A DNA stretch of 64,000 bases from Candidatus Kapaibacterium sp. Its GTDB lineage: Bacteria; Bacteroidota; Ignavibacteria; Kapaibacteriales; UBA2268. Below, piece after piece: positions 1 to 9,092 of the stretch. Each line of letters begins with the position of its first letter. Position 1 is the first letter of the stretch. The stretch spans positions 1 through 64,000 of the forward strand of contig OY761611.1 in NCBI GenBank assembly GCA_963664875.1, in the 5' to 3' direction. Under the pieces are notes generated by a model. It saw only the letters and a list, made by a program, of their open reading frames with translations. It made no database searches and was not told where the DNA came from. The position numbers and the translations under genes were made by a program.

Positions 1-2
1 AA

Positions 3-830
3 TACGAGAGCGAACTTCAAAATCTAAATAATCATTTGGAAAAGATGGTAAAAACAAGAACAAATGAGTTAGAAAGTGTATTAGATGAGCTAATGCAAGA
101 AAATGAGTATAAAAATGAAGCTCTCGATAAACTATCAGAAGCAAATGCTGCAAAACATAAATATATCTCTATTTTGGCACATGATATCAAAAACCCGTTG
201 ACTGCGATACTTACCTCAACGGAACTCCTTCACTTGTTTATTAATAAAGGTACTATTGATAAGTTGCCTAAACATATCAACCGAATAAGTGATTCTTCTA
301 AGCAAATACTGGGCTTAGTTGAGATGGTGTTATTATGGAATAAATCACAAAATGAAACAATTAAATATGAGCCTACTAATATATACTTACAGCAAATAAT
401 AGATACAGTTATAATGTTTTCTAATCTATCTATTACTCAAAAAAGTATGGATATTGTTGTAGATATTCCACAAAATTTGCAAATTGTTGCTGATAGAGAA
501 ATGATTGAAACAATTTTAAGAAATCTAATTTCTAATGCTGTAAAGTTTAGCAATCCCACATCAACAATAAACATTTATGCTAAAGAAATGGATAAGGATA
601 TCGTTATTTCAGTGTCTGATCAGGGTGTAGGTATTGAACAAGATAGAATCGCAACAATATTTGAACCAAATGATAGTAATCATACATTAGGCACTCTCGG
701 AGAAAAAGGAACCGGTTTAGGATTGCCTCTATGTAAAGAATTTATATTAAGACATAACGGTTCGATATGGGCAGAAAGTGTTCCGAATGTTGGAACTACT
801 TTGTTTATCTCTTTGCCTAAACAAGTATAA
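3..830 (+). CDS. Sensor histidine kinase (HisKA-HATPase), 5' end outside the window
   Basis: H-box AHDIKNPL, N-box NLISNAVKF, G1 DQGVGI, G2 GTGLGL; the frame is open back to position 3. Confidence 0.92.
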   Translation, partial: YESELQNLNNHLEKMVKTRTNELESVLDELMQENEYKNEALDKLSEANAAKHKYISILAHDIKNPLTAILTSTELLHLFINKGTIDKLPKHINRISDSSKQILGLVEMVLLWNKSQNETIKYEPTNIYLQQIIDTVIMFSNLSITQKSMDIVVDIPQNLQIVADREMIETILRNLISNAVKFSNPTSTINIYAKEMDKDIVISVSDQGVGIEQDRIATIFEPNDSNHTLGTLGEKGTGLGLPLCKEFILRHNGSIWAESVPNVGTTLFISLPKQV

Positions 831-870
831 ATGTGAAAATGATTTCAAGTCAGTTATCTGAGAAAAAGAA

Positions 871-1269
871 ATGGATATATTTGATAAAATAAAAGATTTG
901 CTTCTATTTAGAGAAGGAACAGAAGAGGAAGATGACTATTCGAGGACTCCTATAGTTACGCTCGGTTCAATTTTTTGGGGAATAATGCTGCGTGGGCTGA
1001 TTGTAATGCTATTAATGCTATTTTTAATTAAATTTCCAACGGTGCGCGACAATTGGTCATTATTGCTGTTTTCCTTGTGGTTTATAGCTGCTTATCCTGC
1101 TTATAGGCAATATCAGCTTTACTATAAGAGGATTGAAAAGTTTGAGGAAGAGACGTTGTGTGGTTCATGTCGATATTTTGATTCCGGTGCAAGACTTTGC
1201 ACTATTTTTGACGAGCATATTTCTAAAGATTACATTCCCTGCGAAGGTCAAAACTGGGAGCCAAAATAG
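871..1269 (+). CDS. Two-TM membrane protein with a C-terminal 4-Cys cluster
   Basis: Two hydrophobic segments, then CGSC...C...C near the C-terminus. Confidence 0.7.
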   Translation: MDIFDKIKDLLLFREGTEEEDDYSRTPIVTLGSIFWGIMLRGLIVMLLMLFLIKFPTVRDNWSLLLFSLWFIAAYPAYRQYQLYYKRIEKFEEETLCGSCRYFDSGARLCTIFDEHISKDYIPCEGQNWEPK

Positions 1270-1453
1270 GGGATAGACTCCTTGTTTGTGTGTTTAGATA
1301 GTTAATTTTGTATAATCCTAAGGTAGATAATTGACTAAAGTGCTACAAGAAACGAGAGCTGTCATCAGAAATATAAAATATTTGTTACTTCCTTTATTTG
1401 CTGAGAAGAATACAATTCTTGCGTAGGCAAAATTTACTTGTTCTATCATTGAA

Positions 1454-1682
1454 GAGGCTGTCTCATAATCAATTTAAAATGTTTAAAATTCAACATCCCA
1501 TCTCGGCAAGCTCAGTAAAACGCTTCCCAAGAAGTGGAATTGAAAGCGGCATAAGTTCTTATAACTGCTTTTATATGAAAGAATTACAAATTCCCCTCTT
1601 GAGGGGTGGCATGCGAAGCATGACGGGGTGGAAAAATGATTCTACATTTTATGATGCAAATTTTGACTTACGAGACAGTCTC
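1454..1682. mobile_element. MITE-like non-autonomous element (229 bp) with terminal inverted repeats and an internal REP-like palindrome
   Basis: GAGGCTGTCTCATAA (1454-1468) vs TTACGAGACAGTCTC (1668-1682), a 13/15 inverted match; internal CCCCTC-TT-GAGGGG; no transposase. Confidence 0.7.
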
Positions 1683-1824
1683 ATATTAGACAAGATAAAT
1701 ACCTAATAATCTTTGCTACTAACATTTTCGGCTTGAATCCTTACATCAGTGCTCAAACTTGTGCTTCAAGCAATTGTTGAATTAGTATTTATACCTATTA
1801 TTTTTGAATCAATTAGTATCTATC

Positions 1825-2877
1825 ATGCCAAACACACTCAATCTCTATTATGCAATCTCATCGAAATGCAATCTAAGATGTTCCTACTGCTATGTACCGG
1901 AAGCTGGCAAGTCGAATCCCACAGATGAAAAAGTTACAGAAGAAAATTTGAGATTATTCCTTCATAAATTGCAATCTGAATCTTACAAACTTGGAGCTTT
2001 TTGTTTTCACGGAGCAGAGCCAACAATATATGATGCAAAGACTTTGTCTCAATATTGCAATATGGTGCTTGATTTTAAGAAGAAGTCAAAGAGCCGGAAT
2101 AATCTGATTGCTATTCAGACCAATGGGTACAATGTTGATAGAACATATTTGCAAACTTTGCTTGATAATTTGCTGCCTGATTCATCTTTAAGACTTGGAT
2201 TTTCGATTGATTTACCTAAACAAATACACGATAAGTATCGTAATAATTCTTATGACAGCGTATTTGATAATTTCTGCAATGCACTTGAAAGCGGAGTGGA
2301 CGTTTCTGTTTTATCGGTTGTATCGGCTGAGGCAATGAACAATAAAGATGAATGGGTTGCTTCCATAAAAGAAATGCTGGACTTAAAAGAGAAATATACC
2401 AATTTCAGAAAGTTCAAAATCAAGTTAGCTACAGGAGACTTAGGCTTCAAAGAAGAAGATATGGAGATGATGGCTGATATATTGATAGAAAACTCATGGA
2501 CAAAATTGTTACAAATATTTAGCTATTCATATTGCCTTAGCAAAGGCAATGATTGCGATTGGTTCGAATTTTCTCCTGATGGTTCATGTTTTTCCTGCAA
2601 TAAAACATTTATGAATAGCGAGGCTTTTTCTAATTGGAAATTACATTCTTTCGACTATATTAAAGAAAAAAGAGCTATCTTGTACGCTAAAGAGCCAACA
2701 CACAGAGATTGCAAAAGCTGTGAGTATGAGATGTACTGCAATAGCGGGTGTCCCATCGACAGATATAAATCGGGTGAAATGGCAGGCAAAGCACATGAAT
2801 GTACAATTATCAAAAAAGTATATAAGCATTTGCAAAATAACGGTATCAATATTATAGATTATATACATCAACCATAG
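1825..2877 (+). CDS. Radical SAM/SPASM-domain protein
   Basis: CNLRCSYC, FHGAEP, IQTNG, SPASM cysteines CFSC...CKSCEYEMYCNSGCP...C; ATG 1825 preferred over TTG 1804. Confidence 0.9.
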   Translation: MPNTLNLYYAISSKCNLRCSYCYVPEAGKSNPTDEKVTEENLRLFLHKLQSESYKLGAFCFHGAEPTIYDAKTLSQYCNMVLDFKKKSKSRNNLIAIQTNGYNVDRTYLQTLLDNLLPDSSLRLGFSIDLPKQIHDKYRNNSYDSVFDNFCNALESGVDVSVLSVVSAEAMNNKDEWVASIKEMLDLKEKYTNFRKFKIKLATGDLGFKEEDMEMMADILIENSWTKLLQIFSYSYCLSKGNDCDWFEFSPDGSCFSCNKTFMNSEAFSNWKLHSFDYIKEKRAILYAKEPTHRDCKSCEYEMYCNSGCPIDRYKSGEMAGKAHECTIIKKVYKHLQNNGINIIDYIHQP

Positions 2878-2885
2878 GTGGACTT

Positions 2886-4025
2886 ATGTATTTTTCAGGT
2901 AAGTTATCAATTGACCCGGCAAAAGAGACTATAACAAAGTCTATAAAGCCGACTAAAATGTTTGCCAAATTGCTAAATGCAATAACATTTGGTGCTAAAG
3001 CAAAAAAAGAAGAGCATGAAACTTTTACTGCTGTTTCTATCCTTCAACAAATCAATATGGCATTTCGCTCGCTTGGTATCAGCAATGCAGTTAGGCTTGC
3101 GGTTAATGATTACAATTTCTATTTAGATGAAAAAGGAAAAGAAAACGATATCGAAGATGCTATGCTGGAATTCGAGACCGGAATAGATCCTCTCGAATCT
3201 CAAACATTTGAAAATATCCTTTACGTTTTAGAGCACGAAACAGATGCAATTAAATTCTTATTTGAAATAGAAATAGTCAGAAAACACAAACCTCGTGAAT
3301 ACCCTATAACAATAACTGTGAACGGGGTTATGACTGATTTCAAACTTGCTCCGGGAGAAACGAAAGCTGACCTTGAAGAAAGAATGAAAGACGTTTTTGC
3401 CTCGCAGGATGCTTATGATAGTTTTGTGAGAGATAAACGAAGTGCTTTTGATACTTTTGTTGATGAATTAGAGCTCGCAGTTAGAAAGTTTATTAAAGTC
3501 GATGACATAAAGAATGGTAAATCGTCTGACATATTAAGACCAAAAGAGCAGATTAACGAGCCTTCTTCCGTGCGGTATTATGCCTCCGGTGCACCTGTGG
3601 TAGCAGGATATTACGGTTTTAGCGATTACTTCTTCTATTCCTATATGTGGTCGTCTATGGCATATTCGCACAATATGTATATACATGATGTAAATATAGT
3701 AGATGAAATGGGCGCGGATGTTATGAGCATAGGTCAGGAAGGATTTGCAGCGGGAGCATTTGATACTCTAAATCCTGACGCTGACTTTGCAGTTCCTGAA
3801 GGAATAGATGCGGAATATTTCTCAGGCAATGAATATGAAAGTGAGTTGATAGATAGTCAGGTACTCGGAAGCGATGCAGGCTTTGGCACAGATAATGTTG
3901 ATGATACAAAATCATGGGCGGACTCATGGGGTGAAAGCGATTCCGGAGATTTCGGAGGCGATTCGTCTTCTTGTAGTTCCTGCTCTTCATGTTCATCCTG
4001 CAGTTCTTGTGGCGGATGTGATTAA
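2886..4025 (+). CDS. Hypothetical protein with an acidic linker and a C-terminal (SSC)5GGCD tail
   Basis: 379-aa ORF starting 8 bp after the rSAM stop; its only six Cys lie in the last 17 residues. Confidence 0.85.
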   Translation: MYFSGKLSIDPAKETITKSIKPTKMFAKLLNAITFGAKAKKEEHETFTAVSILQQINMAFRSLGISNAVRLAVNDYNFYLDEKGKENDIEDAMLEFETGIDPLESQTFENILYVLEHETDAIKFLFEIEIVRKHKPREYPITITVNGVMTDFKLAPGETKADLEERMKDVFASQDAYDSFVRDKRSAFDTFVDELELAVRKFIKVDDIKNGKSSDILRPKEQINEPSSVRYYASGAPVVAGYYGFSDYFFYSYMWSSMAYSHNMYIHDVNIVDEMGADVMSIGQEGFAAGAFDTLNPDADFAVPEGIDAEYFSGNEYESELIDSQVLGSDAGFGTDNVDDTKSWADSWGESDSGDFGGDSSSCSSCSSCSSCSSCGGCD

Positions 4026-4082
4026 AATTAGACTTGTTTTGACAAAAAAAAGAATAGTAATAATTTTCATATAGGAGAGAAA

Positions 4083-4988
4083 ATGGGTATAGTAATATTT
4101 GGGATTGTAATCCTTGTCGTTGGTTTTTTGGTGGCAAAGACACCGGGACCTCTTACAAAATACAAGAGTCTTTTTACTCTTGGTGGTATCGTGCTGATAG
4201 TAATTGGGGTACTCACAGCAGGTGTGCGTCAGATAGACACGGGTCATGTGGGGGTGCAGAAGCTATTTGGGGAAGTAAAAGAGGAAATACTCTATGAAGG
4301 CTTAAACTTAGTGAATCCACTAATAGAAGTGTATCCTATGAGTACCAAAACTCAGAATTACACCATGTCTTCCACTGTTGACGAAGGGCAGGTCAAAGCT
4401 GCAGATGCAATAACTGTACTTAGCCAAGATGGTTTGGAAGTTAATATTGATCTTACAATATTATACACTATAATCGCTACAGAAGCTCCAAAAATTGTAA
4501 GGACTATTGGGCTTGACTATGAAGCTAAAGTTATCAGACCTACAACCAGAACCCGTATTCGTGAAGTAGCAGTTTATTATAATGCAACTGATCTATACTC
4601 CTCAAAGCGAGAAGAATTTGAAAACAAAATCAAAGCAAAAATTGAAAAAGATTTTGCTGAAAGAGGACTTATACTTGAGCAGATGTTAATTAGAAAAATA
4701 GATTTGCCAAAATCAGTCAAAGAAAGTATCGAAAGAAAAATCACAGCCGTGCAGGAAGCTCAGAGAATGGAATATGTACTACAGAAAGAGCAACAGGAAG
4801 CTGAGAGAAAACGAGTGGAAGCAAGAGGTGTTGCCGATGCTCAAAAAATTATAAATGAAGGGTTGAGTCCTAAACTTTTGAAATTTGAAGAAATTAAAAT
4901 GCAAAAGGAGATTGCTAATTCGCCTAATTCAAAAATCATAATTATGGGTGATGGCAAGAGTTCTCCCTTTATAATTGACACTAAATAA
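4083..4988 (+). CDS. SPFH/prohibitin family membrane protein
   Basis: Two N-terminal TMs, GHVGV...FG, DGLEVNIDLTI, C-terminal EAERKRVEARG coiled coil; GGAG RBS. Confidence 0.92.
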   Translation: MGIVIFGIVILVVGFLVAKTPGPLTKYKSLFTLGGIVLIVIGVLTAGVRQIDTGHVGVQKLFGEVKEEILYEGLNLVNPLIEVYPMSTKTQNYTMSSTVDEGQVKAADAITVLSQDGLEVNIDLTILYTIIATEAPKIVRTIGLDYEAKVIRPTTRTRIREVAVYYNATDLYSSKREEFENKIKAKIEKDFAERGLILEQMLIRKIDLPKSVKESIERKITAVQEAQRMEYVLQKEQQEAERKRVEARGVADAQKIINEGLSPKLLKFEEIKMQKEIANSPNSKIIIMGDGKSSPFIIDTK

Positions 4989-5006
4989 AAAGAATAAGAT
5001 AACGTC

Positions 5007-5067
5007 AAAAGAGATGATTCTATCGAATGATATTTGCTATCATTTATGGAATTATCTCTTTTTTTTA
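5007..5067 (+). terminator. Probable intrinsic terminator after the rSAM-SPFH cluster
   Basis: AAAAGAGATGATTC...GAATTATCTCTTTT followed by a T-run. Confidence 0.55.
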
Positions 5068-5105
5068 GTTGATAGTTTTTATAAATACATATACGGAGTT
5101 TTTCT

Positions 5106-5657
5106 ATGAAATATTCGATATTAGCAACGCTAATTGCATTTTTGGGCTTGTTGTCGCTAAATGTGGCACATACTTCCGAAAAAGCCGAAATCTACAATTT
5201 TACTGTCAATACAATAGACGGTGAAGAAACTACACTTGGAGAGTACACCGGCAAAGTGATGTTGGTGGTTAACGTAGCAAGTAAATGCGGTTTGACTCCT
5301 CACTACGAAGGATTGCAGGAGCTATACTCTAAATACTCTGCAAAGGGACTTGTGGTTTTGGGTTTTCCATGCAATCAATTTATGTCACAGGAGCCCGGTA
5401 CAGAATCTGAGATAAAAGAGTTTTGCAGCACTAACTATAGTATTACTTTTCCAATGTTTTCTAAAATAGACGTAAACGGCGATAATGCACATCCGCTATA
5501 CAAATATCTTACAGGTTTGGATATTAATGGATACAGTGGTAAAATAGAATGGAATTTCTCGAAATTTCTAATCGACAAATCAGGCAAGGTTGTGAAAAGG
5601 TATCATCCGAAAACTGCACCTGCAGATATAGCAAAAGACATTGAAGCATTGTTGTAG
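5106..5657 (+). CDS. Exported Cys-type glutathione peroxidase family protein
   Basis: NVASKCG, GFPCNQF, WNFSKF; signal peptide. Confidence 0.93.
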   Translation: MKYSILATLIAFLGLLSLNVAHTSEKAEIYNFTVNTIDGEETTLGEYTGKVMLVVNVASKCGLTPHYEGLQELYSKYSAKGLVVLGFPCNQFMSQEPGTESEIKEFCSTNYSITFPMFSKIDVNGDNAHPLYKYLTGLDINGYSGKIEWNFSKFLIDKSGKVVKRYHPKTAPADIAKDIEALL

Positions 5658-5791
5658 TGAGATTTTAAAAATGAATTCTAAAACAATTCTAATTGCATAA
5701 ATATTAAAATCAAGTCAAAAACACAGTGTAAGGCTCTGTATTTAGATTCTTTTTAATTTTATAAATTAAAACTGTGTAATATTATCAGGAT

Positions 5792-5836
5792 AAAGCTATT
5801 TTACTTCAACTATATAATAAGTAAAATAGCTTTTTT
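5792..5836 (+). terminator. Perfect 15-bp AT-rich inverted repeat, probable terminator
   Basis: AAAGCTATTTTACTT (5792-5806) / AAGTAAAATAGCTTT (5819-5833). Confidence 0.5.
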
Positions 5837-5960
5837 ATCTTTGTTGATTTTGTACTTTTAAAAGTATCTGAAATATAAGGACTTATGATTATTGGTGATA
5901 ATTTTTAACATTAACAAAATAATAATTGTCAATAAAAATATAAAATTGTATTTTGCATCG

Positions 5961-6034
5961 AATGATTAGATGCTCAGGCATCACGTATTGTTGACTACGG
6001 GGAAGTGTTTTTTTTAAAAGCACTTCCTTTTTTT
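5961..6034 (+). ncRNA. Candidate small RNA: two hairpins plus an intrinsic terminator
   Basis: TTGTCA-N17-TATTTT promoter (5926-5954); GATGC/GCATC and CGTA/TACG hairpins; GGAAGTG/CACTTCC stem plus T7. Confidence 0.5.
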
Positions 6035-6322
6035 ATATATAATAGTCTTGTCAGAAAATCGAGAACAAGATTGAATTCGATTTTAAAAAGTGAACAGATA
6101 CTTACACCTTCAGATAAGAATCAACCTCTGCAATCAGCCAAAAAGCTCCTAAATTGTTTACCAATAGATAATGCCTAAAAAGTGAAATATGATATTTCGA
6201 CAGATTTGAATCTTACAAAGTTAGGACTTGCTAAACCATAAGTAAAAATTATTTTTAATCTATGATTTTATGCAGTATATTCAAATATTCTTGTAAAGCA
6301 ATATAGCTAAGAGGCAATATTT

Positions 6323-7903
6323 ATGAAAGCTATCTTCATTGCAGCAGTTATGGTACTAAGTGTTTGGATTGTTTATCTCTTTAACAAAGAGACTCCAAAC
6401 AGCAATTTACTGCTATTAAAAGAAAAGATTGCAAAAGAGGAATCCAAGCCTGTCGATCACAGCAAATTTGATATTTTGCAAAAGGATTTTGCTACAGGTA
6501 GTGAAGTAACAGAAGCCTGTATCGGTTGCCACACCGAAAGGCACACCGAAGTGATGAATTCTTCTCACTGGAATTGGACAAGAGAAGAATATATCGAAGG
6601 CAGAGGTATTGTAAAAATTGGTAAAAAGAACGTAATCAATAATTTTTGTATAGGTATTGCAGGTAGTGAAAAACTATGTAATACTTGTCATGCAGGTTAC
6701 GGCTGGTCAGATACCACTTTTGATTTTAACGCTTCTCATAATGTTGATTGTTTAGTTTGCCATGACAATTCAGGGCAGTATAAAAAAGGTAAAAATCTTG
6801 CCGGACAGCCTGATCCTTCTGTCAATCTGTCGGCAGTTGCTCAAAAAGTAGGTAAACCAAAGATGGAAAATTGTGGAACTTGTCACTTCGTAAGTGGTGG
6901 AGGAAACAACGTAAAACATGGCGACCTCGAAGGAGCTTTATACGCAACAACTAAAGATGTCGATGTCCACATGGGAATTGATGGTGCCGATATGGAGTGT
7001 GTGGAATGCCATACTGCTGAAAATCACAAAATCAAAGGCAAACTTTATAGCGTTTCTTCTATGAACAAAGACCGTATGGAATGCGAGTCTTGTCATACGG
7101 CTACTCCTCATAAAGAAGACATAATCAACGAACATACTGTAAAAGTAGCTTGCCAAACTTGTCATATACCTGTTTACGCCAAAGCCAATTCAACAAAAAT
7201 GACATGGGACTGGTCGAAAGCCTTTACAAAATCTAAAGATCCCGAATACCACGAATCAGATTCTTTGGGTAATCATACTCATTTAAGTAAAAAGGGTGAG
7301 TTTACTTGGGAAAATAACGTGAAACCAGAATACAGATGGTTCAACGGTACTGCTGATCATTATTTGCTTGGTGACAAAATTGATGAAGTACCGGTGCAGA
7401 TAAACAGCTTAAAAGGAAACTATTCGGATAAAGACTCAAAAATAATTCCTGTGAAAATCCACAGAACAAAGCAGATCTACGACACAGAAAACAATATGCT
7501 CATTCAGCCAAAACTTTTCGATTCAGAGCAGGGCAAAGGTGCTCTTTGGATAGATGGTGCAGTGATGCCGATAGAAAAAGTATGGGACAATGCCGCCAAA
7601 GCAGGTATGGAATATGTAGGTTTGCCTTATTCGGGTAATTACGGTTTTATTGAAACTGAAATGTACTGGCCTGTTAACCACATGGTTTCACCAAAAGAAA
7701 ACAGCTTAAAATGCGTGGACTGCCACACAAGAAACGATAGCCGTCTTGAAGGATTAAATGATTTTTATATGCCGGGGCGTGACTATAATAAGGCTGTAGA
7801 ATATTTCGGAATTTTCTTAGTCCTTAGCACAATTTTATTTGCAATAACTCACGGCATAGCTAGATTATTTGTTACGCTTAAAAACAAAAGGAAAGGTGAG
7901 TAA
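6323..7903 (+). CDS. otr: Octaheme c-type cytochrome, tetrathionate reductase (Otr) family
   Basis: Eight CxxCH motifs; HWNW and INNFCIG signatures; C-terminal TM. Confidence 0.88.
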   Translation: MKAIFIAAVMVLSVWIVYLFNKETPNSNLLLLKEKIAKEESKPVDHSKFDILQKDFATGSEVTEACIGCHTERHTEVMNSSHWNWTREEYIEGRGIVKIGKKNVINNFCIGIAGSEKLCNTCHAGYGWSDTTFDFNASHNVDCLVCHDNSGQYKKGKNLAGQPDPSVNLSAVAQKVGKPKMENCGTCHFVSGGGNNVKHGDLEGALYATTKDVDVHMGIDGADMECVECHTAENHKIKGKLYSVSSMNKDRMECESCHTATPHKEDIINEHTVKVACQTCHIPVYAKANSTKMTWDWSKAFTKSKDPEYHESDSLGNHTHLSKKGEFTWENNVKPEYRWFNGTADHYLLGDKIDEVPVQINSLKGNYSDKDSKIIPVKIHRTKQIYDTENNMLIQPKLFDSEQGKGALWIDGAVMPIEKVWDNAAKAGMEYVGLPYSGNYGFIETEMYWPVNHMVSPKENSLKCVDCHTRNDSRLEGLNDFYMPGRDYNKAVEYFGIFLVLSTILFAITHGIARLFVTLKNKRKGE

Positions 7904-7904
7904 A

Positions 7905-8561
7905 ATGAAAAAAGTATATATATACGATACCTTCAATAGAATATGGCATTGGGCTCAGGCTGCTCTTATTATATTTTTGATGATAACCGGATTTGAAATA
8001 CACGGAACATATACTTTCTTTGGGTATGAGACTGCTGTACAATGGCACAACATTGCTGCTATATCTTTTATAGCTCTCATAGTGCTTGCCATATTCTGGC
8101 ATTTTACAAGTGGCACTTGGCGTCAGTATATTCCTACTACCCAAAACATAATTGCACAGGTTAGATACTATACACTCGACATTTTCCAAAATAAACCACA
8201 TCCTGTAAAGAGAAGTGTATTAAGTAAGTTAAATCCACTACAAAAATTGGTTTATTTTGGTTTCAAAATAATGATAATTCCTGTGATGGTAACTACAGGT
8301 CTAATGTATATGTACTATCGTTATCCTATGAACGGGAAAGTACAAAGTCTTGACTTTACTAGTTTAGAACCAATTGCAGTCTTGCATACCTTAGGTGCAT
8401 TTCTTTTGGTGCAATTCCTAATTGCACATTTGTATCTGATAACAACCGGACACACAATCAGCTCGAATCTAACTGCCATGATTACAGGATATGAAGAGTT
8501 GGAATCTGACGAAGAAAATAAAGAAACTAACTTAGATGTGGAGATAAGCCATGAAAAATAG
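7905..8561 (+). CDS. Cytochrome b/b6-domain membrane protein (PhsC-like)
   Basis: RIWHW, NPLQKL, His pairs in TM helices; ATG 7905 directly after the otr stop. Confidence 0.88.
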   Translation: MKKVYIYDTFNRIWHWAQAALIIFLMITGFEIHGTYTFFGYETAVQWHNIAAISFIALIVLAIFWHFTSGTWRQYIPTTQNIIAQVRYYTLDIFQNKPHPVKRSVLSKLNPLQKLVYFGFKIMIIPVMVTTGLMYMYYRYPMNGKVQSLDFTSLEPIAVLHTLGAFLLVQFLIAHLYLITTGHTISSNLTAMITGYEELESDEENKETNLDVEISHEK

Positions 8562-9069
8562 TAATTATTTTATGAATCCATACTTCGCAGGATTTTTGTT
8601 AGGACTCGTTCTACTGGCTTCCTTTTATCTAACAGGAAGAGGCTTGGGTGCAAGCGGTGCTGTCAAAAGCGTAGTTGTTACTATGGTTGAAGAGGTCGCT
8701 CCTAATCATGCAGCTGAGGGAGACTACTATAAAAAGTATTCAGAATCACATCCTGAATCTCCACTCAAAGATTGGCTTTTGTTTCTTGCCGTTGGAGTTG
8801 TTATTGGTGGCTTTGTGTCAGGTTCGAGAGCAGAAAGAATTGCCTTTAAGTTTGAAAAAGGCGAACGAGCTTCTAATGCTATCAGAGTTGTTGGAGCTTT
8901 AGCCGGAGGGGCATTATTTGGATTTGGAGCTCAACTTGGCAGAGGTTGCACAAGCGGTGCAGCACTTTCGGGTATGGCTGTGCTTTCTACAGCAGGCTTT
9001 ATTACAATGCTTGCTATATTTGGCTCCGGATTTGTATTTGCATATTTCTTTAGAAAACTTTGGATTTAA
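8551..9069 (+). CDS. YeeE/YedE thiosulfate transporter family protein
   Basis: GLGASG and GAQLGRGCTSG motifs; multiple TMs. Confidence 0.88.
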   Translation: MKNSNYFMNPYFAGFLLGLVLLASFYLTGRGLGASGAVKSVVVTMVEEVAPNHAAEGDYYKKYSESHPESPLKDWLLFLAVGVVIGGFVSGSRAERIAFKFEKGERASNAIRVVGALAGGALFGFGAQLGRGCTSGAALSGMAVLSTAGFITMLAIFGSGFVFAYFFRKLWI

Positions 9070-9092
9070 TAAACAATTAGAAGAGAAAAACA

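Noticed and set aside
1398-1706. 102-aa ORF
   Set aside because: Lies across the MITE, has a TTG start without an RBS and no protein features
5106-5657. Selenocysteine glutathione peroxidase
   Set aside because: The active-site codon is TGC (Cys) and there is no in-frame TGA
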